Source: Gemmatimonadota bacterium
GTDB lineage: Bacteria > Gemmatimonadota > Gemmatimonadetes > Palauibacterales > KS3-K002
DNA length: 28,562 nucleotides
Assembly: GCA_039586795.1 (NCBI GenBank)
Contig: JBDHJS010000045.1
Location: 1 to 28,562, forward strand
Reading direction: 5' to 3'
Below are positions 8,517 through 16,754 of the stretch, piece by piece. The notes under the pieces are model-generated. The model was not told the origin of the DNA. It did no database searches and saw nothing but the letters and a program-made list of their open reading frames with translations. How positions within the stretch are numbered: position 1 is the first letter of the stretch; each line of letters starts with the position of its first letter. The position numbers and the translations under genes are program-made.

Positions 8517-11057
8517 CTAGTTACCTCCCTGACCGATGGGACTGCCCGGTGGCAAGTCCGACGCCTCGCTGGCCGGCGTCGTTCCCTCGGAACGCTCCTG
8601 CCACCTATGGATGTCCTCCAACGCCAGCGCCTGATGCGGCGTCGGATTGTCACGCGACGCCAACCAGTCGCCCAACTCGCCGACCTTGGCGCTCAAGATC
8701 GCACGCACCTGGGGAACGTTCGCGTCGCTGCCCGCCTGGGCCATCAGCCTGTCCAGGAACTCGCGCTCTGTCGCCTGACGAACCTGTTGCAGGTACGGCG
8801 TCCCCTCGGCGCCGGCGTACCACGTCACCTCGAGCGTTCTGTCCACCACTTCTTCGAGCCCGGGGTAACTGGCATCCCGCGAGTTGAATTCGACGAGGCG
8901 CGCCATGCGCTGCGGCTGAAGGATGAAGCCGAACGTGAAGCCCGATGTGCTGGCCGCGATCCCGAACGGGTCGAAGGTCGGGCTCGTGGTACTGGAGAAC
9001 AACTCGCCGCTCGCCATCCCGAACGCCCGTGGCGGGATGGTTTGCAGAACGTCTTCCGGCACCGCCAGGAACGCAGGCTCGACGGTGAGTAGCATCGCAT
9101 CCAGCGCGGCACGCTGACGATCGCCGTCAACGATCTCGATGGGTACCTGCCCGTCACCACGGAGCGCATAGCTGTAGTCGGCGCCGCCCAGCGTGTGGGC
9201 GGTCGCCTCGAGCTGATAGCGGTGGTGCAGGTAGAGGGGCACGAACACCTCTTCCAGCGAAGCAAGGGGCGCGCCCGGACGGATCGCGCCTTCGCCGAAG
9301 GACTCGAGGCCGATGCGGCGCACTTCGATTTCATGCTCTAGCATCTCGACCGGATCGGAACCGTTGTCCCACAGAGCCGCCAACGGGTGAGCGGCCCCTG
9401 CCGGTCGGGCGTCACGGTCCGAGATGAACCGGATGCCGTTTCGTAGCCCGGCCTGGACGATCTCTTCCAGGGCCGCCACTTCATCGGTGCCATCCGGGAA
9501 ATCACTGTACAGCCACTTCACGGCGAACTTGTCATACTCACCGATGCCCACGCCGTAGGCGTCGGTCAGATCGAGCGTCCCTTCCGGCGTGATGTGGACC
9601 AGAGGTGCCGGATAATCCATCACGCTCGCCCGATCGGCGTAGGTGCTGGCGATGTAGTTGTGAGCGAAACCAAGGGTGTGGCCCACCTCGTGCGCCGACA
9701 GCTGGCGAAGCCGCGCCAGCGACATCTGAACCGGATCGGCGCCGTTAGCGACGTCGGCCAGGTACTCGAAGCCGGGGCCGCCACCCAGATCGCACATTCC
9801 CATCTCGGCGACGAACGGCATCACCAGCCCCGTCCCGATCATGTTGTCTTGCCGGACCCGTAGACTGCCCAGGTTCACGTTGCCTTTCAGGATCTCGCCC
9901 GTACGCGGGTCCCTTACAGATCCACCGTACGACCAACCGCGGGTCGAGCGATGCGTCCAGTGGATCATGTTGTACCGTAGGTCCATCGGGTCGGCATCCT
10001 CAGGCAACAACTCGACCTGAAACGCGTCGATATAGCCAGCCGCCTCGAACGCCTGGTTCCACCACGCGGCGCCCTCTATCAACGCGCTGCGGATCGGCTC
10101 CGGCGCGCCACGGTCCAGGTAGTAGACGATCGGTTCGACGGCCTCGGAGCGCTCGGCGCTGGGATCCTTCCTTTCAAGACGGTGTCGGCCCGCCCAGGCA
10201 ACCACCAGTGGCTGATCGATGGGCATCGCGTAATCGTGGAAGCTGATGCCGAACGCGCTCACGCGAGGATCCATCGGGCGCGGCTCGTAGCCGTCATCGG
10301 GAAGCTGAACTAGCGAATGATGCACCCTCATCGAGACCGCATCGCCGCTCGCCGCCGTGCTTCGCACGAGCGGGCCCGGCTCGTCGCTCGTGTAGGTGAG
10401 CCAGGTCTCGATCTCCGTGTTGAGCGGGAATGCCCTGGTGCGCGGCATATAGAAGACGCTGCGGCTGCGGTCGATTCTGAAGTTGCCCTGGCGCGCCTGC
10501 TTCAGTCGCTGCGCGATGCCGTGAGCATCGCTGAGGAAGAAGTCGGTGGCGTCAACGAGCACACGATCGCCCGACTGCGCCTCGACCTTGAAGCCCCAGC
10601 GCGTCGACGGCGCAAACGCCTCGGCCACGGCACGTACCTCATCCGGATTGTCGGAGCGCGCCCGGTAGCGGTAAGTCGTCTCGACGAGCAACACGGTTGG
10701 CCCTACTCGATGCGCCTTCAGCACGTAGGTGCTTCCCAGCTGGCCTCGGTCCAGACCCACCGGATTGCTGCCCAGGCCTGTCGTGAGGGAGACCTGATGC
10801 AGGAACTCGGTGTCCCAGCTATCGATCTCGAGGAAGAGATCGCCGGAGAACTCATCCCAATAGAGATCGAAGAATCCCTCCAGGTGCCGCATCCCCTCCG
10901 TCTTGTCCTCGATCGATGGGATCTCTTTTTCCGAGTTCTGCGCTTCCAGTTTCGACGAGCCCACGCCGATCGAAGCGAGCGCCAGCGTCACGACCAATGC
11001 TGCTTTGCAGAGCGCAGCGCCATCGCCGAACCGTCTAGAACACAGGGCCCACATCAC
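8517..11057 (-). CDS. Secreted zinc-dependent metalloprotease (metzincin, DUF5117/DUF4953-type)
   Basis: 846 aa; HEVGHTLGFAH zinc motif (HExxHxxGxxH), ASVMDY Met-turn, DPRTGEILKG, WNQAFEAAG; N-terminal hydrophobic leader; AGGAGG RBS before GTG/ATG. Confidence 0.9.
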   Translation of the reverse strand: MMWALCSRRFGDGAALCKAALVVTLALASIGVGSSKLEAQNSEKEIPSIEDKTEGMRHLEGFFDLYWDEFSGDLFLEIDSWDTEFLHQVSLTTGLGSNPVGLDRGQLGSTYVLKAHRVGPTVLLVETTYRYRARSDNPDEVRAVAEAFAPSTRWGFKVEAQSGDRVLVDATDFFLSDAHGIAQRLKQARQGNFRIDRSRSVFYMPRTRAFPLNTEIETWLTYTSDEPGPLVRSTAASGDAVSMRVHHSLVQLPDDGYEPRPMDPRVSAFGISFHDYAMPIDQPLVVAWAGRHRLERKDPSAERSEAVEPIVYYLDRGAPEPIRSALIEGAAWWNQAFEAAGYIDAFQVELLPEDADPMDLRYNMIHWTHRSTRGWSYGGSVRDPRTGEILKGNVNLGSLRVRQDNMIGTGLVMPFVAEMGMCDLGGGPGFEYLADVANGADPVQMSLARLRQLSAHEVGHTLGFAHNYIASTYADRASVMDYPAPLVHITPEGTLDLTDAYGVGIGEYDKFAVKWLYSDFPDGTDEVAALEEIVQAGLRNGIRFISDRDARPAGAAHPLAALWDNGSDPVEMLEHEIEVRRIGLESFGEGAIRPGAPLASLEEVFVPLYLHHRYQLEATAHTLGGADYSYALRGDGQVPIEIVDGDRQRAALDAMLLTVEPAFLAVPEDVLQTIPPRAFGMASGELFSSTTSPTFDPFGIAASTSGFTFGFILQPQRMARLVEFNSRDASYPGLEEVVDRTLEVTWYAGAEGTPYLQQVRQATEREFLDRLMAQAGSDANVPQVRAILSAKVGELGDWLASRDNPTPHQALALEDIHRWQERSEGTTPASEASDLPPGSPIGQGGN

Positions 11058-11207
11058 GAACCTCCTGATTGAGTGCTCTCAGCCGCTGATTTAGCCGCGA
11101 AAGGTAACCGCGGCGTACGGTCGCGGCCAATGCCGCGCTGGACGAATGTTAGAACGGCGGATAGGTTGGGCAGCCACCTTCTTGACACCCTTTTACCGGA
11201 GAACCGG

Positions 11208-12194
11208 ATGTCCGTAACCCACACCCCGTTCACAGTCGCCGCCGTTCAAACGGCGCCCGTGTTTCTGGATCGCGAAGCCACCCTCGAAAAGGCGTGCAAG
11301 CTGATCGCCGAAGCCGCCGGCAACGGCGCGCGCCTGGTCGTATTCCCTGAGTGCTTTATTCCAACGTATCCGATGTGGGTGTGGTTTCTGCAGCCGATGA
11401 AGACGGCCGAGCTCCGCGAGCTGTACACCGAGCTGCTGGACAACGCGGTGACGGTGCCGAGCGACGCCACGGAACGGCTGTGCGCCGCAGCGCGGGAATC
11501 GAACGTCGCCGTATCGATCGGGATGAACGAAGTGAACGCCGAGTCGAGCGGCGCCACGCTGTTCAACGCGAACCTGCTCATCGCACCCGATGGCACGATC
11601 GTCGGCAAGCGCCGAAAGCTGATGCCGACGGGCGGTGAACGGTTGGTGCACGGTTTCGGTGACGGGAGCACGCTGGAGGTGAGCGAGCTCGAGATCGGAC
11701 GGGTCAGCTGTCTCACCTGCTGGGAGAACTACATGCCGCTGGCGCGTCACGCCATGTGGGCATGGGGCGCGCAGATCCACGTGGCCCCGACCTGGGACCG
11801 TGGCGAGCCCTGGATCTCGACGTTGCGCCACACGGCGAAGGAAGGGCGCGTCTACGTCATCGGCTGTTGCTCAGCCATTCACGTGAACGACATCCCTGAC
11901 CGCTATTCGTTCAAAGAATCTCTGCCCGACGGAATGGAGTGGATCAACCCGGGCGACAGCGCGATCGTCGATCCCGACGGCAAGTTCGTCGCCGGCCCCG
12001 CCAACGAGGAAGACACGATCCTCTACGGCGAGATCGACCCGGCCAACTTCCGCGGCCCCCGCTTCCAGCTCGACGTTGCCGGCCACTACGGCCGCCCCGA
12101 CATCTTCGAGCTCACCGTGAACCGAACCCCGCGGGCGGCAGTTGACACTATAGATGATGCAGTGATGATCGAAGAAGACTTCGAGGAGATGTAG
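11208..12194 (+). CDS. Nitrilase (carbon-nitrogen hydrolase, nitrilase branch)
   Basis: Start re-assigned to ATG 11208 (GGAG RBS). Glu-Lys-Cys triad in VFPEC, RRKLMPTGGER, TCWENYMPLAR; C-terminal DVAGHYGRPDIF. Confidence 0.92.
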   Translation: MSVTHTPFTVAAVQTAPVFLDREATLEKACKLIAEAAGNGARLVVFPECFIPTYPMWVWFLQPMKTAELRELYTELLDNAVTVPSDATERLCAAARESNVAVSIGMNEVNAESSGATLFNANLLIAPDGTIVGKRRKLMPTGGERLVHGFGDGSTLEVSELEIGRVSCLTCWENYMPLARHAMWAWGAQIHVAPTWDRGEPWISTLRHTAKEGRVYVIGCCSAIHVNDIPDRYSFKESLPDGMEWINPGDSAIVDPDGKFVAGPANEEDTILYGEIDPANFRGPRFQLDVAGHYGRPDIFELTVNRTPRAAVDTIDDAVMIEEDFEEM

Positions 12195-12199
12195 AACCC

Positions 12200-12433
12200 A
12201 TGTGCAGAAACATCAAACAACTTCGCCGCCCCGAGAGCCCACCCACCGATCAGGAGCTCCAGGACGCCGCCCTACAATTCGTCCGCAAGATCAGCGGCTA
12301 CCGCAAACCCTCCCGCGCCAACGAAGACGCCTTTAACCAGGCCGTCACCGAAATCACCACCGCGTCCCGCACCTTCTTCAACAACCTGACTATGCCCGAG
12401 CGCTCGACAACGACTTTCACAAAGGAAGCCTGA
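12200..12433 (+). CDS. DUF2277 family small protein
   Basis: MCRNIKQL...AALQFVRKISGYRKPSRANEDAF is the characteristic DUF2277 pattern; starts 5 nt after the nitrilase stop. Confidence 0.85.
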   Translation: MCRNIKQLRRPESPPTDQELQDAALQFVRKISGYRKPSRANEDAFNQAVTEITTASRTFFNNLTMPERSTTTFTKEA

Positions 12434-13388
12434 CCCCAATCCCTTTCTCCACCGCCCGCTCATAAATACGCACGGAGGTCACCATATCTTCCAACGCCAA
12501 CCCCAAATTGATGCTCATCGTCCGCTCATCATCACTCTCCCGCCCCGACTTCTCTCCCACCACCAATTCCCCCAAGTCAGCATAGGGCTCCGGCGTCTCT
12601 CCGAAGAATCCCACCGTCCGGTAGTACTCCAACTGCTTCAAATCGTCCGTCGCCAACCGATCCATCTCCGCCATCGCCGCGCCCGTCCAATACGAATCGA
12701 AGTCCAGCGCGCAAGCGAACGACCCCGGCGATAACCACCCTGTATCGATCGTCGGCGTCGGGTCCTTGAAGATTGGCCCGCTCGTCACCACGACATCCCG
12801 TTCACGCACCGCTTTCTCCGCCGTATCGACGATGTCGATCGGGAAGCGAGACTTGTCACGCATCTCGAGAGCGTAAGCCTCCGCCGCCTCCCGTGAGATA
12901 TCGTAGGCGTTCACGTGCTTGATGTCCATCACACACGACAACGCCTCCAGGTTGCTGCGCCCCTGGACCCCGCAAGCCACGATCCCCACCGTCCGGCTGT
13001 CCTTTCGCGCCAGGTACTTCGCCGCCACCGCCGTCGCCGCACCCGTCCGCATCGCGGTCACCCACGTCGCGTCCATCACGGCGATGGGGAGCCCGGTCTC
13101 CGGGTCGTTCAGCGTGATCAGCCCCGAGACGTATGGCAGGCCGCGGATCGGATTCTCCGGGTAACCGGCGACCCACTTGATGCCCAGGGCGTTCTCCGCC
13201 GGGACGTAGGCCGGCATCGCGTGAATGAACGCGTCCCCCTTCGGGTGGATCCCCGGCTTGGGCGGCATCTCCACCCTCCCCCGCCCCTTCTCGTTGAACA
13301 TCAATTCCAGCCCCTCGATGATCTCTGCCATCGGGAGACCGACCTCCGCCACATCGCGCGCCGACAGATACAGGATTTCGCTATTCAT
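12417..13388 (-). CDS. Ornithine cyclodeaminase / mu-crystallin family protein (alanine dehydrogenase-like)
   Basis: 323 aa; MPPK, HAMPAY, GIKWV..YPEN..RGLP, DPETGLP.AVMD, TAMRTGAATAVAAKYLAR, ACGVQG Rossmann, GLALED. Confidence 0.9.
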   Translation of the reverse strand: MNSEILYLSARDVAEVGLPMAEIIEGLELMFNEKGRGRVEMPPKPGIHPKGDAFIHAMPAYVPAENALGIKWVAGYPENPIRGLPYVSGLITLNDPETGLPIAVMDATWVTAMRTGAATAVAAKYLARKDSRTVGIVACGVQGRSNLEALSCVMDIKHVNAYDISREAAEAYALEMRDKSRFPIDIVDTAEKAVRERDVVVTSGPIFKDPTPTIDTGWLSPGSFACALDFDSYWTGAAMAEMDRLATDDLKQLEYYRTVGFFGETPEPYADLGELVVGEKSGRESDDERTMSINLGLALEDMVTSVRIYERAVEKGIGVRLPL

Positions 13389-14859
13389 CTTTCAGCTCGA
13401 ACCATTCGTCCAAGTCGTCATCGCTCCAGGGTTCGCCGCCCTCAGGGATGTACTCGTTGAGCGCGCTCGAGTAGGTATACTCCTTCGTCCACTCGCCATG
13501 GTTCGCGGCGATCTTGCGGACCGCGTCCATGACATGCTCCACCTCGGCGTCGGTCGTCGTCGGGTGAAACGACACCCGGACCCAACCCGGCTTCTCCGAC
13601 AGATCGCCGTCATCGATCAGGTCGGTGATCTGTCGCGAACGCACCTGGTCGACGTGAAGTAGGTAGTGACCGTAGGTCCCGGCGCACGAGCAGCCGCCCC
13701 GCGCCTGCACTCCGAATCGGTCGTTGAGCAGCTTGACCATCAGGTTGTAGTGCAGGCCTTCCACGTAGAACGACATCATGGCCAGTCGGTCTTCCACGTG
13801 GCCCGCCAGGATCTGAACGCCGGGAGTGCGTCCCAGCTCCTCGAATGCGTACGGCAGCAACTCGCGCTCGCGCTCCAACATCTTGTCGACACCCATCTGC
13901 TCTTTCAGCTTGATGGCCAGCGCCGACTTGATCGCTTGCAGGAATCCGGGTGTGCCGCCGTCCTCGCGATCCTCGATGCTGGTTAGATACCGGCGTCCGC
14001 CCCACGGGTTCGTCCAATCCACCGTTCCACCCCCCGGGTGATCGGGTACCGAACGCTCGTAAAGCTTCGAGTCAAAGACCATGACGCCCGAGGAACCGGG
14101 GCCGCCCAAGAACTTGTGCGGCGAGAATAACACCGCGTCCAATTTCTCAAGCGGGTCTGCCGGATGCATGTCGATGTGTTCGTAGGGCGCCGATGCGGCG
14201 TAGTCCACGAAGCAGACGCCACCGTTCTCGTGCATGATCCTCGCCAGCTTGTGCACCGGAACGCGAATGCCGGTCACGTTGGAACACGAGATGAACGCGC
14301 CGATCTTCATCGCCCGGTCGCGATGCTCGTCGAGCAGACCCTGTAGCGCATCCACATCGCACAGCCCCCGCTCGTCGGGCGGAATCACAACGACATCCGC
14401 AAGCGTCTCCAACCACGACGTATGGTTCGAGTGATGCTCCATGTGCGTTACGAACACCACCGGACGCCTTTCCAGCGGCAGATCGCAGTAAGGCGCCAGC
14501 TGCTCCGGGAGCTTGAGCCCCAGGATCCTCTGGAACTTGTTCACCGCCGTCGTCATCCCGAACCCGGGCGTCAGGATCACATCGTCGGGCCCCGCGTTCA
14601 CATGGTCCTTGATGATCGCCCGGGCATGATGATACGCCTTCGTCATGCGCGTGCCGGTGACGCTGGCCTCCGTGTGCGTGTTGCCGACGAACGGCCCCAG
14701 CACCCGGGCGATCCGCTCCTCGATCGGCCCGTACAACCGCCCGCTCGCCGTCCAGTCGGTATAGACGATCCGCTGCTCGCCGTGAGGCGTCGTGAAGGTC
14801 TGGTCCCAGCCGACGGTATTGCGACGGAAGGGCTCGAAATAGCGCTCTAGCGATGTCAT
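13381..14859 (-). CDS. Class V PLP-dependent enzyme (cysteine desulfurase / selenocysteine lyase-like)
   Basis: Start re-assigned to ATG 14859 (MTSLERYF). YTDWTASGR, MEHHSNH, FVDYAASAPY, SPHKFLGG (PLP Lys), EDGGTP, RGGCSCAG (Cys). Stop overlaps the start of the downstream gene (ATGAATAG). Confidence 0.9.
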   Translation of the reverse strand: MTSLERYFEPFRRNTVGWDQTFTTPHGEQRIVYTDWTASGRLYGPIEERIARVLGPFVGNTHTEASVTGTRMTKAYHHARAIIKDHVNAGPDDVILTPGFGMTTAVNKFQRILGLKLPEQLAPYCDLPLERRPVVFVTHMEHHSNHTSWLETLADVVVIPPDERGLCDVDALQGLLDEHRDRAMKIGAFISCSNVTGIRVPVHKLARIMHENGGVCFVDYAASAPYEHIDMHPADPLEKLDAVLFSPHKFLGGPGSSGVMVFDSKLYERSVPDHPGGGTVDWTNPWGGRRYLTSIEDREDGGTPGFLQAIKSALAIKLKEQMGVDKMLERERELLPYAFEELGRTPGVQILAGHVEDRLAMMSFYVEGLHYNLMVKLLNDRFGVQARGGCSCAGTYGHYLLHVDQVRSRQITDLIDDGDLSEKPGWVRVSFHPTTTDAEVEHVMDAVRKIAANHGEWTKEYTYSSALNEYIPEGGEPWSDDDLDEWFELKDE

Positions 14860-15045
14860 ACGCCGCCCAAGGTTATCACGTTTCAAACTCCTTGATAACA
14901 ACGAGTTAGTACGTTCATTCGATTGCTCGCGGTTCGCTGAATATACATACCTGCGCAAGTCGCCCGAAACTCGTGCGGCATGAAGGCTCGTAGTATCGGG
15001 TAGCCGGTCCAACGCTACCCTCCAGAACAATCGGGAGCTAGAACG

Positions 15046-15297
15046 ATGTACGTACCTTCGCAGTCACACGTTTCCCAGGCTTCGCCCCGGGCTCGCGACC
15101 TCGGTCACAAGCTGATCCAGCAGATTGACGAGTATCAGCAGAGGAACCCGGGCATTTCCCCGGCCGACATAAAGAACGCCCTGAGGATCGCTCAGCAGAG
15201 CACCGCTTCCCAGCAGACGGCTGAGATGAGGCTGGTGATCGTGGGAGCGCTGATCGCCCTGGCTCTGGGCGTATTCGCCTTCGTGGTCAGCGGCTGA
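15046..15297 (+). CDS. Hypothetical small protein with a C-terminal transmembrane helix
   Basis: 83 aa; GGAG RBS; ends LVIVGALIALALGVFAFVVSG. Confidence 0.65.
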   Translation: MYVPSQSHVSQASPRARDLGHKLIQQIDEYQQRNPGISPADIKNALRIAQQSTASQQTAEMRLVIVGALIALALGVFAFVVSG

Positions 15298-15542
15298 AAC
15301 CGGCGTCGCCGGCCGTTCGTAGTGATGCGGGAACGGCAGTTATAGGGAGGGGTGATTATTCTGGCAGAGTTAAGCTGGCTTTTTTGGGTACTGATATTGA
15401 TTCTAGTTACCGAGAGCTGGGGACGCGCCCTGATCGCAACGCTGGGCACCGCGCCGAACCCGGTTCCAGGGCGCAACCCCGGCTCACAGCGATAGAAGCG
15501 CCAAACCTGGCGAAACCAACCGCCCGTGGTGGTCTAGTAAGA

Positions 15543-15561
15543 GGACCGCCGCGGGCGGTCT
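15543..15561. terminator. GC-rich hairpin downstream of the HdeD-like gene, possible terminator
   Basis: GACCGCC-gcg-GGCGGTC at 15544-15560; weak U tract. Confidence 0.35.
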
Positions 15562-15562
15562 G

Positions 15563-15593
15563 ATTTCGACAGCGGACAGCCGTCGAACGACGA
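15563..15593. repeat. Partial copy of the arm of the 16198-16372 fold-back element
   Basis: CGACAGCGGACAGCCGTCG (15567-15585) is the exact reverse complement of 16345-16363; ATTTCGACAGC occurs at 15563 and 16196. Confidence 0.75.
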
Positions 15594-15594
15594 A

Positions 15595-16155
15595 CTATGC
15601 CGCAGCCTCCGCCTGAGCTGCCTTGACCATCTTCCGAGCAGCAAACGCCAGCCCGAGCATGATGACGCCAAACACGATGGCGTACACCCCAATGATCCAG
15701 ATGACCGCCAGAGCTCCAACCCCGGGCCGCGCAAACAGAACGACGCCAAACACCACCGAAGCGAGCCCACCGAGAATCAACCAGAACTCGCCTTTGATCT
15801 CCTTACGCAGCTTGATCGCAGCGATGATCTCGAAGATCCCGGTCACCAGCGCCCAGCCGCCGATGAAGTAGAGCAGAACAACCCCCGTCAGTCCCGGCCA
15901 GAAGAACACGACGAGACCCACGAGGATGCCGACGATCGCCTCGAACAGCATCCCGCCGTAGTCTTCGCCAGCACCCTTTGCCTGGAAGTAGGCGACGAGA
16001 CCGAACACGCCATCGACCAGAGCGAAAGCTCCGAACAGCATGATCAGGAATCGGATCGTCATTCCCGGCATCGCGAAACAGAGGATGCCAAAAACGATCG
16101 CTGTCAGTCCGCGGATTAGTAGTGCCCACCACCCGCGTTTAAGGGCTCCCTCCAT
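15595..16155 (-). CDS. hdeD: HdeD family (DUF308) membrane protein
   Basis: 186 aa, about six hydrophobic helices; WWALLIRG...FGAFALVDG, WALVTGIFEIIAAIKLRKEIKGE.WLILGG pattern; GAGGAG RBS. Symbol is family-level only. Confidence 0.85.
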   Translation of the reverse strand: MEGALKRGWWALLIRGLTAIVFGILCFAMPGMTIRFLIMLFGAFALVDGVFGLVAYFQAKGAGEDYGGMLFEAIVGILVGLVVFFWPGLTGVVLLYFIGGWALVTGIFEIIAAIKLRKEIKGEFWLILGGLASVVFGVVLFARPGVGALAVIWIIGVYAIVFGVIMLGLAFAARKMVKAAQAEAAA

Positions 16156-16197
16156 GGGTCACACTCCTCTCGGTTTAGTGGACCACTTCGTGGACAT

Positions 16198-16372
16198 TTC
16201 GACAGCCGACAGCCGGTAACCGGCGCTCGACGATCGAGGACAATTCGGCTATCGACCTTCTACGCTCGATGCTCGTCGTTCGATAATCGAGCGACGTGCG
16301 TAGGACGTCGGGCGTCGATCGCCCAACAGGACTCGGTCGTCGAGCGACGGCTGTCCGCTGTCGGCTGTCGAA
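16198..16372. repeat. 175-bp intergenic fold-back element with 16-bp perfect terminal inverted repeats (MITE/REP-like)
   Basis: TTCGACAGCCGACAGC at 16198-16213 pairs with GCTGTCGGCTGTCGAA at 16357-16372; nested stems CGCTCGACGATCGAG/CTCGGTCGTCGAGCG, CGACCTTCTACGC/GCGTAGGACGTCG and CGTCGTTCGAT/ATCGAGCGACG. Confidence 0.8.
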
Positions 16373-16387
16373 CTAGAGCCATTCCTC

Positions 16388-16624
16388 TTATTCCGTCTCC
16401 CAGCGAATCTCCAGCTCTTCCCGCTCGCCCAAGCCTTCTACGATGAGATCCAGCAAATGAGGGGGACAGCCTTCTTCCTCGAACATCTCGAGCGTCGCGC
16501 GATTGATGAAGTAGTCCTGATCTTCTAGCCCTTCTTCCTCCAACTGATCGATCAGGAACTTGAGCTCTTCGCGGTCGATCGTTCCCAGCAGCTCTCCGGT
16601 GCCATTGTCGAAAAGCTGTATCAC
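16388..16624 (-). CDS. Conserved small acidic hypothetical protein
   Basis: 78 aa, GTG start with GGGAGG RBS; LKFLIDQLEEE..EDQDYFINRATLEMFEE. From memory, similar short proteins are often auto-labelled galactosyldiacylglycerol synthase, but it is too short to be a glycosyltransferase. Confidence 0.75.
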   Translation of the reverse strand: MIQLFDNGTGELLGTIDREELKFLIDQLEEEGLEDQDYFINRATLEMFEEEGCPPHLLDLIVEGLGEREELEIRWETE

Positions 16625-16754
16625 GGTAATCCTCCCCGCCGTTTGATTTAGGGTAAAAGAAAGGTGTGACCGACTAGCGGCCGCTGTTCAGGAGCGGCGC
16701 TAATCTCAGCGCTTGGCGCGCCTCGCGCAAGTTGCGAGTCGCATTGAGCGGTTT

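Noticed and set aside
8516..8653. Arg-rich N-terminal extension of the BNR lipoprotein ORF
   Set aside because: Overlaps the metalloprotease gene; RBS and lipoprotein leader fit ATG 8515.
14860..15030. 57-aa N-terminal extension of the class V PLP enzyme
   Set aside because: Crosses an AT-rich divergent promoter region; family-like sequence begins at MTSLERYF.
16198..16372. Possible CRISPR array or tRNA
   Set aside because: Repeats are inverted and nested, not direct repeats with spacers; no cloverleaf or T-loop consensus; no cas genes.
16672..16750. Hairpins between the DedA gene and the small acidic protein gene as a possible riboswitch
   Set aside because: GC-rich stems with no recognisable aptamer consensus; may be only a terminator-like structure.
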